A stretch of DNA of 64,000 nt from an uncultured Methanosarcinales archaeon (GCA_964428395.1 CAYRYB010000005.1:6414-70413); one strand, 5' to 3'. Positions 1 to 10,034 are shown, counted from the first letter of the stretch. Numbers and translations: made by a program. The notes: generated by a model from the letters alone, not told the origin.

Positions 1-244
1 TACCTTCTTTTGCAAATTGACAGACATCATTAAAAGGTATCTGAATTAATGTTGCACCGGATTTTTTTTTCAGACTACTACAGCGAGGACCTTCAAGAAA
101 CTTATGATGAGGACAAGCACGAAACATAGAATCAAGAAAAGAATATAATTTTTTTGGCGTGTATAAATTCGTCTTTTCCATATCCACATAATAATTATAA
201 AACCATGGATGGCGAAGAGCCGTATATTTAATTGCTGTATTCAT
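1..244 (-). CDS. hypothetical protein, 5'-partial on the window edge (N-terminus MNTAIKYTALRHPWFYNYYVDMEK...)
   Basis: The open frame read on the minus strand runs from the ATG at 244 to the window start with no stop. It lies outside the ORF track because it is unclosed. No family recognised. Confidence 0.4.
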   Translation of the reverse strand, partial: MNTAIKYTALRHPWFYNYYVDMEKTNLYTPKKLYSFLDSMFRACPHHKFLEGPRCSSLKKKSGATLIQIPFNDVCQFAKEG

Positions 245-280
245 TACCTGCACCAAAAAAGCAAGAAAAAGGAAAAAAAT

Positions 281-550
281 TTATTCTTCTTCGTCCTGAC
301 GATAGGAAGGGATTGCTGTTTTTGAAATAATCATAATATCGCCAATGGATTTTACCAATTGATGTGGTACAATTACTCCTTTTGCGCTTCCCAATACTTT
401 GTTAAGAAATGAATTCTTTGTTGCACGTACTTTCCACCCAAAAATCTTTGTTTGTGTTAGAATTGATTCCTCTACATCTCCAAAATAATCTCCAGCATCA
501 GTGAAAACGCGCATATCGTATGTTTCACTAATTTTTTTCATCTTTAACAT
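281..550 (-). CDS. small PRC-barrel-like protein (89 aa)
   Basis: ORF track entry. The G-D-Y-F-G-D-V-E and K-I-F-G-W-K-V pattern resembles archaeal PRC-barrel proteins. The family call is weak. Confidence 0.4.
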   Translation of the reverse strand: MLKMKKISETYDMRVFTDAGDYFGDVEESILTQTKIFGWKVRATKNSFLNKVLGSAKGVIVPHQLVKSIGDIMIISKTAIPSYRQDEEE

Positions 551-756
551 TATATCACCCTCAAAAAAACGTCACTAGGACAGGATAGTACTAAGGTGAT
601 TGTTCTCTTTAAATATTTTTCGCTTCAAATTCCTCTTTTCTGCAGTTGAGCGTCTCTAATCAGTATCGTTTAGATTACTTAATGAGCTTATTTGACGATA
701 CATTTATATACTCATCTTTAGTAGATGACTTCTATTACATGAGGTGAGGAATCAAA

Positions 757-1038
757 ATGGCAACTGATACCGTTATACTTGGCATAATTATTGGAACGCT
801 AGCTGCAATTGTTTACAGTCTGCGGGTTTTAATACTTCTTGAGCGACGTATTTCCCGAATGGACTTGAATATTGAAGCCTTAACAAATAGGGTTCTTCGT
901 GAAGAAGTTCAAATAGAACACGAAGAGAAAGTCTTGGAGACAAAAGCACGTGCGAAACCAAAAAAATCAGCCAAGAGAAAGACTGTGAAGAAGAAAACGA
1001 CAAAAAGAAAGTCATCTGCTAAAAAACGCAGGAAGTAA
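757..1038 (+). CDS. small membrane protein with a Lys/Arg-rich C-terminal tail
   Basis: ORF track entry. The N-terminal hydrophobic helix (ILGIIIGTLAAIVYSL) is followed by a KPKKSAKRKTVKKKTTKRKSSAKKRRK tail, with a GGTGAGG SD-like element upstream. Confidence 0.5.
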   Translation: MATDTVILGIIIGTLAAIVYSLRVLILLERRISRMDLNIEALTNRVLREEVQIEHEEKVLETKARAKPKKSAKRKTVKKKTTKRKSSAKKRRK

Positions 1039-1139
1039 ATTCTTCTTCATTTTTTTTATTGTTCAAAAAAATTGTTCATAAAGAATGCCTTGTTTTTTGA
1101 ACAGATTTAAAAAGCAATACGTCCTTTCTCATTCTTATT

Positions 1140-2684
1140 GTGTCAGCAAAAAAACCACTTCAGAAGGTTATGCAATCGACTTCCTTAATTAAACCAAAAC
1201 ATACACAAGAATGGCTTTTAGTATTGGTGCTTCTTTTTGTTCTTCTTATAAAAATTTATTTTGTTATGCAAACACCACTTCCTGCGTATGATTCGTACTA
1301 TGGTATACGACAAGTGGAGCATGTGCATACAACAGGACTACCTTTTATTGTAGATACGTTGAGTTATCAAGGAAGAATAACCTATGATGGTATTCTTTTT
1401 TACACGCTTGTTGCAGGAATTGCCGTTTTTATTCCTACAATAATTTTATTTAAGTATGCGAGCATAGTTCTTAGTTTACTTGTGCTTTTTTTAGTTTATA
1501 AAATAACTGTTCGTCTTGTTAAACATCGATGGATAGCGCTTCTAACAACAATTCTTGCAGCGCTAAGTCCTAGTCTTTTTACAGCGCATCTAAATACGTT
1601 GTTACCTACTTCTTTTTTTGCAGTGCTTTATCTCTTGCTCATACTTTTTTTCTTTAAGTCAAACAAAAAAAAGTATATTTCTTGGTTTGTAATAACGTTG
1701 GTTGTTGCAACGTTAATAAGTCCGTTAATTATTGTTTTTATTGTGGGATTTGCATTTTATTTTCTCTTACTAAAATTAGAAAGTTTATCTATTCGTAGAA
1801 GAGAATTTGAACTCTTGCTTTTTTCAAGTATTTTTGTAATCTGGTTTTATATTTTACTCTATAAACCATTGTTTTTGCAATATGGTGCAAAAATAATTTG
1901 GAAAACAATGCCTAAAGAATTGGTTGTGCAAACATTTCAGGGCTTAACTTTGCCTTTAGCAATTTCTCTTATTGGTGTTTTACCCTTACTTTTGGGCATG
2001 TATGCAATATATTTTGCGCTTTTTGTTAAGCGAAGCAAATTACAATTATTTCTCACAGCAATGGCTTTTTCATTTGGTGTTATTACTTGGTTTGGTTTTT
2101 TACCCTTAACAGAAGGATTATTTTACACGACATTAACATTTATTCTTCTTTCTGCACCAACGCTTGTAAAATTAAATTTGTTTGCAGATAAAACAATACT
2201 TCCAAAGGCAAGAGCAATACTTTTGCTCATTTTTTTCCTGCTTGTTTTTCTTAATTTTTCTCCCACCATCATTTACAAAAATACGTTAGCAGAGCAAGCA
2301 CCAACTTTAGATGAAGCGAGTGTTTTTACTGCTCTATCAAAGCAACTTCCTAATGATGCTGTTGTTTTAGGTTCTATACAAGAAGGATTTCTTATTACGG
2401 ATTTAATGAAACGAAAAAACTTTTATGATGAAAATTTTATTTTAGCACCTCACGCGCAACAACGTTATGACGATGCAAAGAAAATATACCTTTCTCAGTC
2501 ACAAACAACTATTTTGAGTACTTTGCAAGAATATGGCATAACACATATTCTTATAACGCCTCTTACATTAGCGGCGTATCCTGATGCAACAAAAACATTT
2601 ACAGATAATAATTGTTTTTTGCCTGTTTATCAATGGAATAATATAACTGCTTACAAGGTAACATGTCATCTAAAAAACAATTAA
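1140..2684 (+). CDS. polytopic membrane protein, GT-C-fold glycosyltransferase-like (PMT/ArnT/STT3-like architecture)
   Basis: 514 aa with a GTG start. About 11 N-terminal TM helices with a short loop carrying D/Y residues (PAYDSYYGIRQVEH), then a C-terminal soluble domain. The family call comes from architecture only. Confidence 0.5.
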   Translation: MSAKKPLQKVMQSTSLIKPKHTQEWLLVLVLLFVLLIKIYFVMQTPLPAYDSYYGIRQVEHVHTTGLPFIVDTLSYQGRITYDGILFYTLVAGIAVFIPTIILFKYASIVLSLLVLFLVYKITVRLVKHRWIALLTTILAALSPSLFTAHLNTLLPTSFFAVLYLLLILFFFKSNKKKYISWFVITLVVATLISPLIIVFIVGFAFYFLLLKLESLSIRRREFELLLFSSIFVIWFYILLYKPLFLQYGAKIIWKTMPKELVVQTFQGLTLPLAISLIGVLPLLLGMYAIYFALFVKRSKLQLFLTAMAFSFGVITWFGFLPLTEGLFYTTLTFILLSAPTLVKLNLFADKTILPKARAILLLIFFLLVFLNFSPTIIYKNTLAEQAPTLDEASVFTALSKQLPNDAVVLGSIQEGFLITDLMKRKNFYDENFILAPHAQQRYDDAKKIYLSQSQTTILSTLQEYGITHILITPLTLAAYPDATKTFTDNNCFLPVYQWNNITAYKVTCHLKNN

Positions 2685-4042
2685 CAGGACCTGTCTTTAC
2701 AATGCTTTTCTCACTTGTCGTATTACTTCTTATACCTTTCATTCGATACCTAAAAGGGAATATGTTTTCACCAACAATTGAAACTTATGTGCATCTAAAT
2801 GCTTTACACACAACATCTTTATCATTTTATGACTTTGTTTTAAAAAAAATAATTGCTTTAAGTTCTTTGCAAATTGCCGTTATACTTTTGCCTTTGCTTT
2901 TTGGTTTCGGTTCTCTTCTTTTTGCTTTCCTTTTGTTAAAACCATTACTTAAAAAGAAAGGAGAACTTTGCGCAACAATACTTGTTTTAGTGCTCACACC
3001 ATCATTTATTGCTCTACACACCGGTTTTACCCTTTATGCACCCTTGCTCTTTTTTACGCTTGTTTCTTTTTATCTTTTTAGGCAACATTCATTTTTTTAC
3101 CTGCTTTTTTTATCTCTGCTTTTTTTCTTAGACCCCTTTTATGCCACACTTTTTTTTGGATTATCGTTAATTGCAGAACTTTCCAAAAAGAGATATATTA
3201 ACTCTTTATTTATTGTACTCACTTATGCTTTGCTTATTGCTTCATTTACTTTGCAGGCATATCTTCCTTTTACCTTTTCATTTCTTTTTCATTTTTCACC
3301 AAGTATTAATGGACTCTTTAGCTTTCTAGGAGGAAAGTATGGGTATTCTTTATTTTTAGTTCTATTAGGACTTGGAGGGTTTTTTCTCAAATCTTCACGA
3401 ACCAAATCAGCACCATATAAAATGTTGCAAGCATTATTCTTGCTTTTCTCAATATTTTATGAACCAGCGCGTCTTCTTGGATTTTTGCTTCTTTCGTATT
3501 ACGCAGTCCAAGCTTTTATAGCACTTATCTCTTATCAATGGCATACACAAAGTCTACAAAAACTAACTGCGTTACTTCTATTATGTATCCTTCTCTTTTC
3601 AACAACCACTTTCATTAAAGAAGAAATAAAAAATCCTCCCACTAACGAGCAAATAGCATCACTATACTATCTTCAAAGAATTGTCACGCAGAATTTTAAT
3701 CAAACAACTCCACACATAATAACTCTTCCTGCGCATGCTCCTTTTGTAACGTTTTTTTCAGGTCTTCCTGCATACACGCACAACACTAACGAAATTTTTT
3801 CTTCTCAAAACTTTCCTTTTATTGCTTCTATTTTTATTCAACAGAAAATTGCTTTTGTTTATGTAGATCAAAGCATGCTTCAGGGAGGTGTTTGGCAACG
3901 TCCCGATGAAGGATTATTATTTGTCATGAAGTATAGTGATAGATTCAGAAAGATTTATGATGCAAATGGAAATACTCTTTATTATTTTTTGGATTGGAAT
4001 GCTACTGTTTCTCAAGAGTCTGCCTTAATAAATCACCCATAG
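2663..4042 (+). CDS. second polytopic GT-C-like membrane protein (tandem paralogue-like)
   Basis: 459 aa. It overlaps the upstream gene by 22 nt, with multiple TM helices and a C-terminal soluble domain. Confidence 0.5.
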   Translation: MSSKKQLTGPVFTMLFSLVVLLLIPFIRYLKGNMFSPTIETYVHLNALHTTSLSFYDFVLKKIIALSSLQIAVILLPLLFGFGSLLFAFLLLKPLLKKKGELCATILVLVLTPSFIALHTGFTLYAPLLFFTLVSFYLFRQHSFFYLLFLSLLFFLDPFYATLFFGLSLIAELSKKRYINSLFIVLTYALLIASFTLQAYLPFTFSFLFHFSPSINGLFSFLGGKYGYSLFLVLLGLGGFFLKSSRTKSAPYKMLQALFLLFSIFYEPARLLGFLLLSYYAVQAFIALISYQWHTQSLQKLTALLLLCILLFSTTTFIKEEIKNPPTNEQIASLYYLQRIVTQNFNQTTPHIITLPAHAPFVTFFSGLPAYTHNTNEIFSSQNFPFIASIFIQQKIAFVYVDQSMLQGGVWQRPDEGLLFVMKYSDRFRKIYDANGNTLYYFLDWNATVSQESALINHP

Positions 4043-4478
4043 TAATTTGAGTGTCCTCATTGCTTGTCTGCAAAGTATCTGCCGTTTTGAATGTATTGTT
4101 TTCAACAAGTATTATACCAAAAAATTTTTCTAGTTTTCTAGCAGTCTTTAAACTAGGCTTAAATCTACCAGACTCAATATTTTGAATAAGCGACTCCTTC
4201 TCGTTAAGTTGTTTAGCCACTTGTTCCTGCTTTAGACCTCTTTTCTCTCTTGCATTCTTGACTACTGTTTCGAATTGTTGTATGATTCTTGCTTCCGCAT
4301 CGGGATCGACAAATTCTCTAGGAGCATAATTTCGAATAATTTTTGCAGAAATCTTTTTTGGCAGAGTGACCTCTGCGCCATATGTTGCGCAAGCATCGCA
4401 AACCATCATCGTGGTTCCTTCAATAGTAACTTTTTTTGTAGCGACGCCTTTTTTACCACACATTTCGCAGTCAGTCAT
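4002..4478 (-). CDS. mbf1: archaeal multiprotein-bridging factor 1 (Zn-ribbon + XRE-type HTH)
   Basis: Zn-ribbon MTDCEMCGKKG...VCDACATYG plus a C-terminal HTH (LKQEQVAKQLNEKESLIQNIESGR). The start is trimmed from the track's 4526 to the internal Met that precedes the Zn-ribbon. Confidence 0.75.
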   Translation of the reverse strand: MTDCEMCGKKGVATKKVTIEGTTMMVCDACATYGAEVTLPKKISAKIIRNYAPREFVDPDAEARIIQQFETVVKNAREKRGLKQEQVAKQLNEKESLIQNIESGRFKPSLKTARKLEKFFGIILVENNTFKTADTLQTSNEDTQITMGDLLRQTLEKQ

Positions 4479-4537
4479 TACCAAGTTCCTCAAAAAGATA
4501 CACTCAAAAGATGCATTCTTTTTCAAGTATAAAAAGT

Positions 4538-5665
4538 TTATGGAGAAAAAAGCACTAAAGTGAAGGTAGAATCTCCCAAAGGCAGGGCAAATTCCTTTTT
4601 AAAGGATAATTTATGTTTCTTTGCGATATCCTTAATTTTTTCGGGATGATTTACGAAAACGCCAAGCGTTCCCTTCTTATTAAGTAAATACTTTGCTTGA
4701 TGACAAAGTTCATCATATAGTTTAAGCACCATTTTCTCATTTTTCGTGCGAGCACTAATTAAAGGTGGCTGCGTGATAATAACATCAACATCTCCTTTCT
4801 CAAATTTTGCATCAACCCAATCAACAGCAACTTTTGAAAATGAAAGACTTTCTTTGATACCAGCAATTTTTGCATTTTGTTTTGCACCATGCATCATGCG
4901 CAACTGTGCATCAAAACCAAATACAAGACTTTTTTTTGCTTTTTTCTCTTTTTTCTTTTTAGTTACTTTGGCAAACTCGTTTGAAAAGAAGGGAATGCTT
5001 CCTCCTGCAAATTTGTTTTCGAAATGAAATGAAGAAATATCTTGCTGAAATAAGGCTACTTCAATAGGAATTACTCCCGTACCGCAAAAAGGATCAACTA
5101 CAATGTTATTTTTTGTAACACCTGAAAGGCGCGCGATACTATAAGCAATACAGGCATTTAATGAGGTGGCATGTTGAAATAATTTATAAGGGCGTTTACA
5201 TAATGAAAAACCAACTACATCAATACCTACAAAATACTCACCTTTTATGGCAACAACAAGAAATGTAATATCAGGATTGCTCAATGAGACTTTTGGCGGT
5301 ATACCCTTTTTGATTAACCACCCACCAATTTTTTCTCCTACTATTTCTTCAAGTTCTGCTGAACCAAGCAAAACCTCTTTTGACTTTAAAGTGCGAACCG
5401 CAAATGTTGTTTCTGTACTCATGCAAGCAGCGAAGAGCTCATTATTTGTAAGTTGTAATTCTTCAATTTTTTTGGCACGCGCAATGAGAGGAAGAACTGT
5501 TTTTCCTGATTGCAAACCATACGTCAACTGAGCAATTTGCTTTGTAGAAACATTCTTTATAAAGCAGTATTCATTTCCTTTTTCTGCCTTCTTTTTAATA
5601 AGTTCTAAAACTTCTTTTACGCAAACATCTTCTGTTCCTTTATTAACGGGAATCAAGCATTCCAT
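4538..5665 (-). CDS. THUMP-domain RNA methyltransferase (Trm14/Trm11/RlmL-like, SAM-dependent)
   Basis: SAM motif I VVDPFCGTGVIPIEVA and a catalytic IITQPPL (N/D-PPY-like) motif follow a THUMP-like N-terminus. A Lys-rich insertion (KKKKEKKAKK) is present. Confidence 0.7.
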   Translation of the reverse strand: MECLIPVNKGTEDVCVKEVLELIKKKAEKGNEYCFIKNVSTKQIAQLTYGLQSGKTVLPLIARAKKIEELQLTNNELFAACMSTETTFAVRTLKSKEVLLGSAELEEIVGEKIGGWLIKKGIPPKVSLSNPDITFLVVAIKGEYFVGIDVVGFSLCKRPYKLFQHATSLNACIAYSIARLSGVTKNNIVVDPFCGTGVIPIEVALFQQDISSFHFENKFAGGSIPFFSNEFAKVTKKKKEKKAKKSLVFGFDAQLRMMHGAKQNAKIAGIKESLSFSKVAVDWVDAKFEKGDVDVIITQPPLISARTKNEKMVLKLYDELCHQAKYLLNKKGTLGVFVNHPEKIKDIAKKHKLSFKKEFALPLGDSTFTLVLFSP

Positions 5666-5859
5666 AAAGCAAACTAATCCTTGTTGCTTCTTAAACCTTT
5701 GGTTATAAAAATCTTCTTTTCTACATAGCTCTTTTTCACAGTCTACTGCTTTTACCTTTTTTATACTTTTACCTCTTTTTCTTTTTGCGAACAGTTTTCT
5801 TTGTGTATGCTTTAGGCAATGTCGTTAACTATAAAAAAGAGTTCACATTATTCATATAG

Positions 5860-6576
5860 ATGAAACAGAATTTGGACTTGGGTCAACATTTTATGATTGA
5901 TGAATCGCTTCTTGCAAGAATAGTTGCTGTTGCAACGCTCACGTCCAAAGACATCGTAGTAGAAATAGGTTCAGGAAAAGGTGCATTAACTAAACATCTT
6001 TATCGAGCAAAACCTCAAAAAATTATTTGCATAGAACAAGATGAGCGGTTTATCTTGCCCATACCTGTTCAGCACCTCTTTGGCAATGCACTTGAGCTCA
6101 TTACTCAACTATCCTTTAATAAAGTAGTTGCAAATATTCCTTATCACCTTGCTGAGCCACTCCTCATAAAATTACTTCTTTTGCAACCAGAAAAAATGGT
6201 CCTTGTTGTTGGTAAAACATTTGCAACCAAATTAACAAAAAACACTATTCTTGGACTCATTTTTCGAGAAGCCTATGATGTTCAAATTTTAGAAACGATT
6301 TCTTCCAAAGCATTTTTTCCACCTCCAAAAGTACAATCAGCTTTACTTGTTGCAACATTGCAACCTTCCGCTCTATTGCCTTTTCTCATGCCTTTTTATA
6401 CGCATCAAGGACAAAAAGTAAAGAATTATATACTATCTGTGACTCAAGGACTTTGGACAAAAAGAGAAGCAAAAAAACAATTGATTGTTCTTGGCGAATT
6501 GCAAGAAAAAAAACTTTATGCCTTGAATACAAAAGATTTTTTGAAGCTTTATCATTTCATTAAAACAATGGTGTGA
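5860..6576 (+). CDS. ksgA: 16S rRNA (adenine1518/1519-N6)-dimethyltransferase KsgA/Dim1
   Basis: Diagnostic N-terminus LGQHFMIDESLLARIV...VEIGSGKGALT and the NIPYH motif. Confidence 0.85.
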   Translation: MKQNLDLGQHFMIDESLLARIVAVATLTSKDIVVEIGSGKGALTKHLYRAKPQKIICIEQDERFILPIPVQHLFGNALELITQLSFNKVVANIPYHLAEPLLIKLLLLQPEKMVLVVGKTFATKLTKNTILGLIFREAYDVQILETISSKAFFPPPKVQSALLVATLQPSALLPFLMPFYTHQGQKVKNYILSVTQGLWTKREAKKQLIVLGELQEKKLYALNTKDFLKLYHFIKTMV

Positions 6577-6580
6577 ACAC

Positions 6581-7777
6581 ATGGAAAAAACACTTAAAGA
6601 TTTTATAAGACAATTGTTACCATTACAAAAAAAACATAGAAGAGAATTAAAAGAGTTAAGAACATTTCTTTCCCCAGATCAACTTTCGGATAGTAAATAT
6701 TTACTCAAAACAAAAAAAATAGGTTTGGGCGATAGTGCAACAAACATCAGCAAAAAACTTCTTTCTTTGTCTTCTTTAAAACAATTCAATGTACTTGTTG
6801 AAGAAACACCTATTCTTACTTTGGTTAAAGATTTAAACATGCTAATTCGAAAAAAAACCTATGAGCAATCCTATCGCGCTTTTGCACCTTTTGCAAAGGA
6901 AAGGATACTTGGATATATTGCACCAAATATTTTGGGAATGGACGATATCAAAGAAGCAGTTCTTTTACAACTCTTTTCTAAAGAGCGATTTCATATTCTT
7001 CTCTTGGGAGATCCTGGAACAGGAAAAACAGATATTTTGCGCAGTGTAAGTGCCATTTCACCTATTAATTCATTTGGTTTAGGATCAGGAACGAGTGGTG
7101 CCGGCCTTAGTGTGAGCATGAAAGGAAAAGATGTTCAAAAAGGGTTATTGCTCCTAGCCAACAACGGTCTTTGTTGTATTGATGAACTTAATTTAATGAA
7201 AAAAACCGATCGGGCGGCGCTGTATAGCGCAATGGAAAAAGGCATAGTAACTTATGATAAAGGAAGTATGCACAAGTCATTTCAAGCAAGAGTTAAAATT
7301 CTTGCAACAGCAAACCCTGTTGGCGATCGATTCGTAGGACAAAGTCTCTCTATTATAAAACAACAAGTGCCTTTTGACTCGGCACTTTTGAGCAGATTTC
7401 ACTTAGTGTATATTACACGAAAACCCGGAGTTAAAGAACTTGTTTTTATCACTAGAAAAATTATAAAATCAACAGCAACGCGACTTCGAGAGGAAGACTT
7501 ATGTTATATTAAGGATTATGTGGCCTATGCACTTAAACAAGAAGTACTATTTGACAAAACGCATGCAAGCCTTGTTGCTGACTTTATAGAAGATGTAAAA
7601 CTTCATGAAAATAAATATCTCATTGAAATAAGTCCTCGCCTCGTGCACGGAATAATGCGAATGGCACAAGCAAGAGCGAGACTCTTTTTGCGAGATAAAA
7701 CAGAAGAAGAAGATGTTAAAGAAGCGATACGATTAGTTAAGCAAAGTCTTGTTATCGACGGCGTTTCGCGAGCATAA
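6581..7777 (+). CDS. MCM-like AAA+ ATPase lacking the N-terminal Zn/OB domain (mini-MCM)
   Basis: Walker A LLLGDPGTGKTD, Walker B/sensor CCIDELNLM, an ATANP motif, and SRFHLVY matching the MCM SRFDLIF arginine-finger region. At 398 aa it lacks the ~250-aa MCM N-domain. Confidence 0.6.
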   Translation: MEKTLKDFIRQLLPLQKKHRRELKELRTFLSPDQLSDSKYLLKTKKIGLGDSATNISKKLLSLSSLKQFNVLVEETPILTLVKDLNMLIRKKTYEQSYRAFAPFAKERILGYIAPNILGMDDIKEAVLLQLFSKERFHILLLGDPGTGKTDILRSVSAISPINSFGLGSGTSGAGLSVSMKGKDVQKGLLLLANNGLCCIDELNLMKKTDRAALYSAMEKGIVTYDKGSMHKSFQARVKILATANPVGDRFVGQSLSIIKQQVPFDSALLSRFHLVYITRKPGVKELVFITRKIIKSTATRLREEDLCYIKDYVAYALKQEVLFDKTHASLVADFIEDVKLHENKYLIEISPRLVHGIMRMAQARARLFLRDKTEEEDVKEAIRLVKQSLVIDGVSRA

Positions 7778-7822
7778 CTTGTTTAAACACAAGATTAAAA
7801 TACTTTCTTGTTTTCTTCTCGC

Positions 7823-7887
7823 ATATCTCTGTGATGATGTTATTCCCGTCTGATGTGATGATGAGAAGAGAATTAGCTGAGGGATAT
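7823..7887 (+). ncRNA. C/D-box sRNA (2'-O-methylation guide)
   Basis: C box GTGATGA at 7831-7837, a 12-nt guide, D' CTGA at 7850-7853, a 4-nt spacer, C' ATGATGA at 7858-7864, a 12-nt guide, and D CTGA at 7877-7880. A 7-bp terminal stem forms between ATATCTC (7823-7829) and GGGATAT (7881-7887). It is intergenic with a TATA-like element about 25 nt upstream. Confidence 0.6.
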
Positions 7888-8024
7888 ATTTCACATTATT
7901 TTTTTTATTAAAAATATGCTTGCTTTTTGCAAGTTCTTATTACGATTATCAAAACATGTTAAACAATATTTTTTAACACAAGTTTTATTAACTTTAACCA
8001 TTACTACTTACTTGATGAGTTGTT

Positions 8025-9029
8025 ATGACTGTAATTAGCTTTTTTGAACTACAACCTTATGAGAGAGAATTCTTTAAAACGAAACTACAAGGTCATCACC
8101 TTATTTTTGAGGATAAACCCTTAAGTGAGCGCAATGCAAAACGATTTAAAAAATCAGAGATACTTGTAATTTTTATTCTTTCAAAAATAACCAAGAACGT
8201 TCTAGAACAATTGCCGAACCTGAAATTTATTACGACGATGTCATCAGGATTTGATCACATAAATTTAGATGAAGCAAAAAAGAAGGGAATAAAAGTAAGT
8301 AGAGTTCCTATTTACGGACAAAATACTGTTGCAGAACACGCTTTCACGCTTCTGCAAGCACTTAACAGGCACATTGTTGAGGCAGTGAGAAGAACACGAG
8401 AAGGAAACTTTTCGTATAAGGATCTTTTAGGAAGAGACTTAGCAAAAAAAACAATGGGCATAATAGGTACAGGGCATATTGGAGAATACATGGTTCGTTA
8501 TGCAAAAATTTTTGGAATGAACGTTTTAGCATATGATACTTTCAAACGAAAAGATCTTGCTAAAGAATTACATTTTCGTTACGTTTCGTTGCATGAACTC
8601 TATAAAAAATCAGATTTTATTTCTCTTCACGTACCTCTAAATGAAAAAACATATCACCTTTTAGATACTTTAGCATTTAGACAAATGAAACGAGGAGTGC
8701 TCATTATTAACACGGGAAGAGGTCCACTTATTGATACAAAAGCTCTTCTTAAAGCGTTAGATAGTAAAAAAGTAGGTGGCGCTGCATTAGATGTCTTAGA
8801 ACTTGAAACGGACCTTAAAAAAGAAGCAAAACTTTTGCAAAGTTTAAGTACTGATAAAAAAAGATTGCTTACTCTTGTTGAAAACCATAAACTTCTCTAT
8901 CGACCGAACGTAATTATAACGCCCCATTTAGCTTTTTATACAACAGAAGCATTAAAAAGAATAATGCAAACAACCTTAACTAATATAAAAGGATATTTGC
9001 ATAAACGATATCAAAACAGAGTTGTATGA
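8025..9029 (+). CDS. D-isomer-specific 2-hydroxyacid dehydrogenase (NAD-binding)
   Basis: GIIGTGHIGEYMVRYAKIFGMNVLAYD Rossmann motif plus the catalytic His/Glu/Arg region typical of the LdhA/SerA family. Confidence 0.8.
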   Translation: MTVISFFELQPYEREFFKTKLQGHHLIFEDKPLSERNAKRFKKSEILVIFILSKITKNVLEQLPNLKFITTMSSGFDHINLDEAKKKGIKVSRVPIYGQNTVAEHAFTLLQALNRHIVEAVRRTREGNFSYKDLLGRDLAKKTMGIIGTGHIGEYMVRYAKIFGMNVLAYDTFKRKDLAKELHFRYVSLHELYKKSDFISLHVPLNEKTYHLLDTLAFRQMKRGVLIINTGRGPLIDTKALLKALDSKKVGGAALDVLELETDLKKEAKLLQSLSTDKKRLLTLVENHKLLYRPNVIITPHLAFYTTEALKRIMQTTLTNIKGYLHKRYQNRVV

Positions 9030-9218
9030 CTGTTTTTTATTAACCTGTTTTAATCATTTTTATTTGTCTTTTTTATTACATCTTCTTTTTTATTACATCT
9101 TGTTCGTTCATTTTTAAACTCGACTTTTTACTATGTTTTTTCAGGTAAAGTTTCTAAAATAGAAAAAGATATAAACATCTTTTCTAAGATTACCTACTAG
9201 AAAAGGGTTGTATTTATA

Positions 9219-10034
9219 GTGACTGGGAAACGTTTACACATCATTGCGGAAGGTCTTGTTGATTTGGAGACCGCTATATTTCTTGATGAACACCTAAAAG
9301 TTTACGAATGGAATAAAGAAGTTCCTTTTATGAATTCACCAGCACTTTCCCTTAGAAACAACGAAGCGTACAAGTTTAAACAGTATACTCAATTGCTTTC
9401 TTCTTCAGCTGTTCTTTCTCTTTTAAGCACTCTTGATGATGCCAACTCTGATGCTAAAGAACTCTTAGAGTTGCTTGTTGCAGATGAACCACGCTTGCAT
9501 ATTGTTGCACAATACAAAGATGCACACTTTACTTCTTATTTTTTAGACTCTACATTTTCTGTGTTTTTACAATTATCTACTGCTCATAATCCTTATAGCC
9601 CATCGGCAGATCCAACATTTTTTAATCTAAAATCTTATTTTAAACCAATTCAATTACGTGATAAAGACATTTTCTTGAATTCTTTTTTTCCTTGGGAAGA
9701 ATCCTACAAAAAACAATTTGAACAAGAACAATTTGCAAAACGAAAAGAAAGAGAAGAACAGTATGCTCATTTTGCGTACCAAGCAGCGCATACATCAACC
9801 GATTTAAATTTTAATCTCCTAAAAAAACGATTAAAAGAATTATTATCTCGAGATGCTGTTATTTTGCCAAATGCAGTTTTTTCTCTTTTTCCCGACACTA
9901 GTGCTAAAATAAATCTTACTTTACAATCGGAAAAAACTCGGCGTTCCCTACCTTTGTATGATTCTAGAAATAATCATTTAACTTTTCATTCACCTAAAAG
10001 AAAATTTTTACCTTATCAGTATCGCTCAGCATGA
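9219..10034 (+). CDS. hypothetical protein (271 aa, GTG start)
   Basis: ORF track entry with compositionally ordinary coding sequence. No recognisable motif. Confidence 0.45.
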   Translation: MTGKRLHIIAEGLVDLETAIFLDEHLKVYEWNKEVPFMNSPALSLRNNEAYKFKQYTQLLSSSAVLSLLSTLDDANSDAKELLELLVADEPRLHIVAQYKDAHFTSYFLDSTFSVFLQLSTAHNPYSPSADPTFFNLKSYFKPIQLRDKDIFLNSFFPWEESYKKQFEQEQFAKRKEREEQYAHFAYQAAHTSTDLNFNLLKKRLKELLSRDAVILPNAVFSLFPDTSAKINLTLQSEKTRRSLPLYDSRNNHLTFHSPKRKFLPYQYRSA

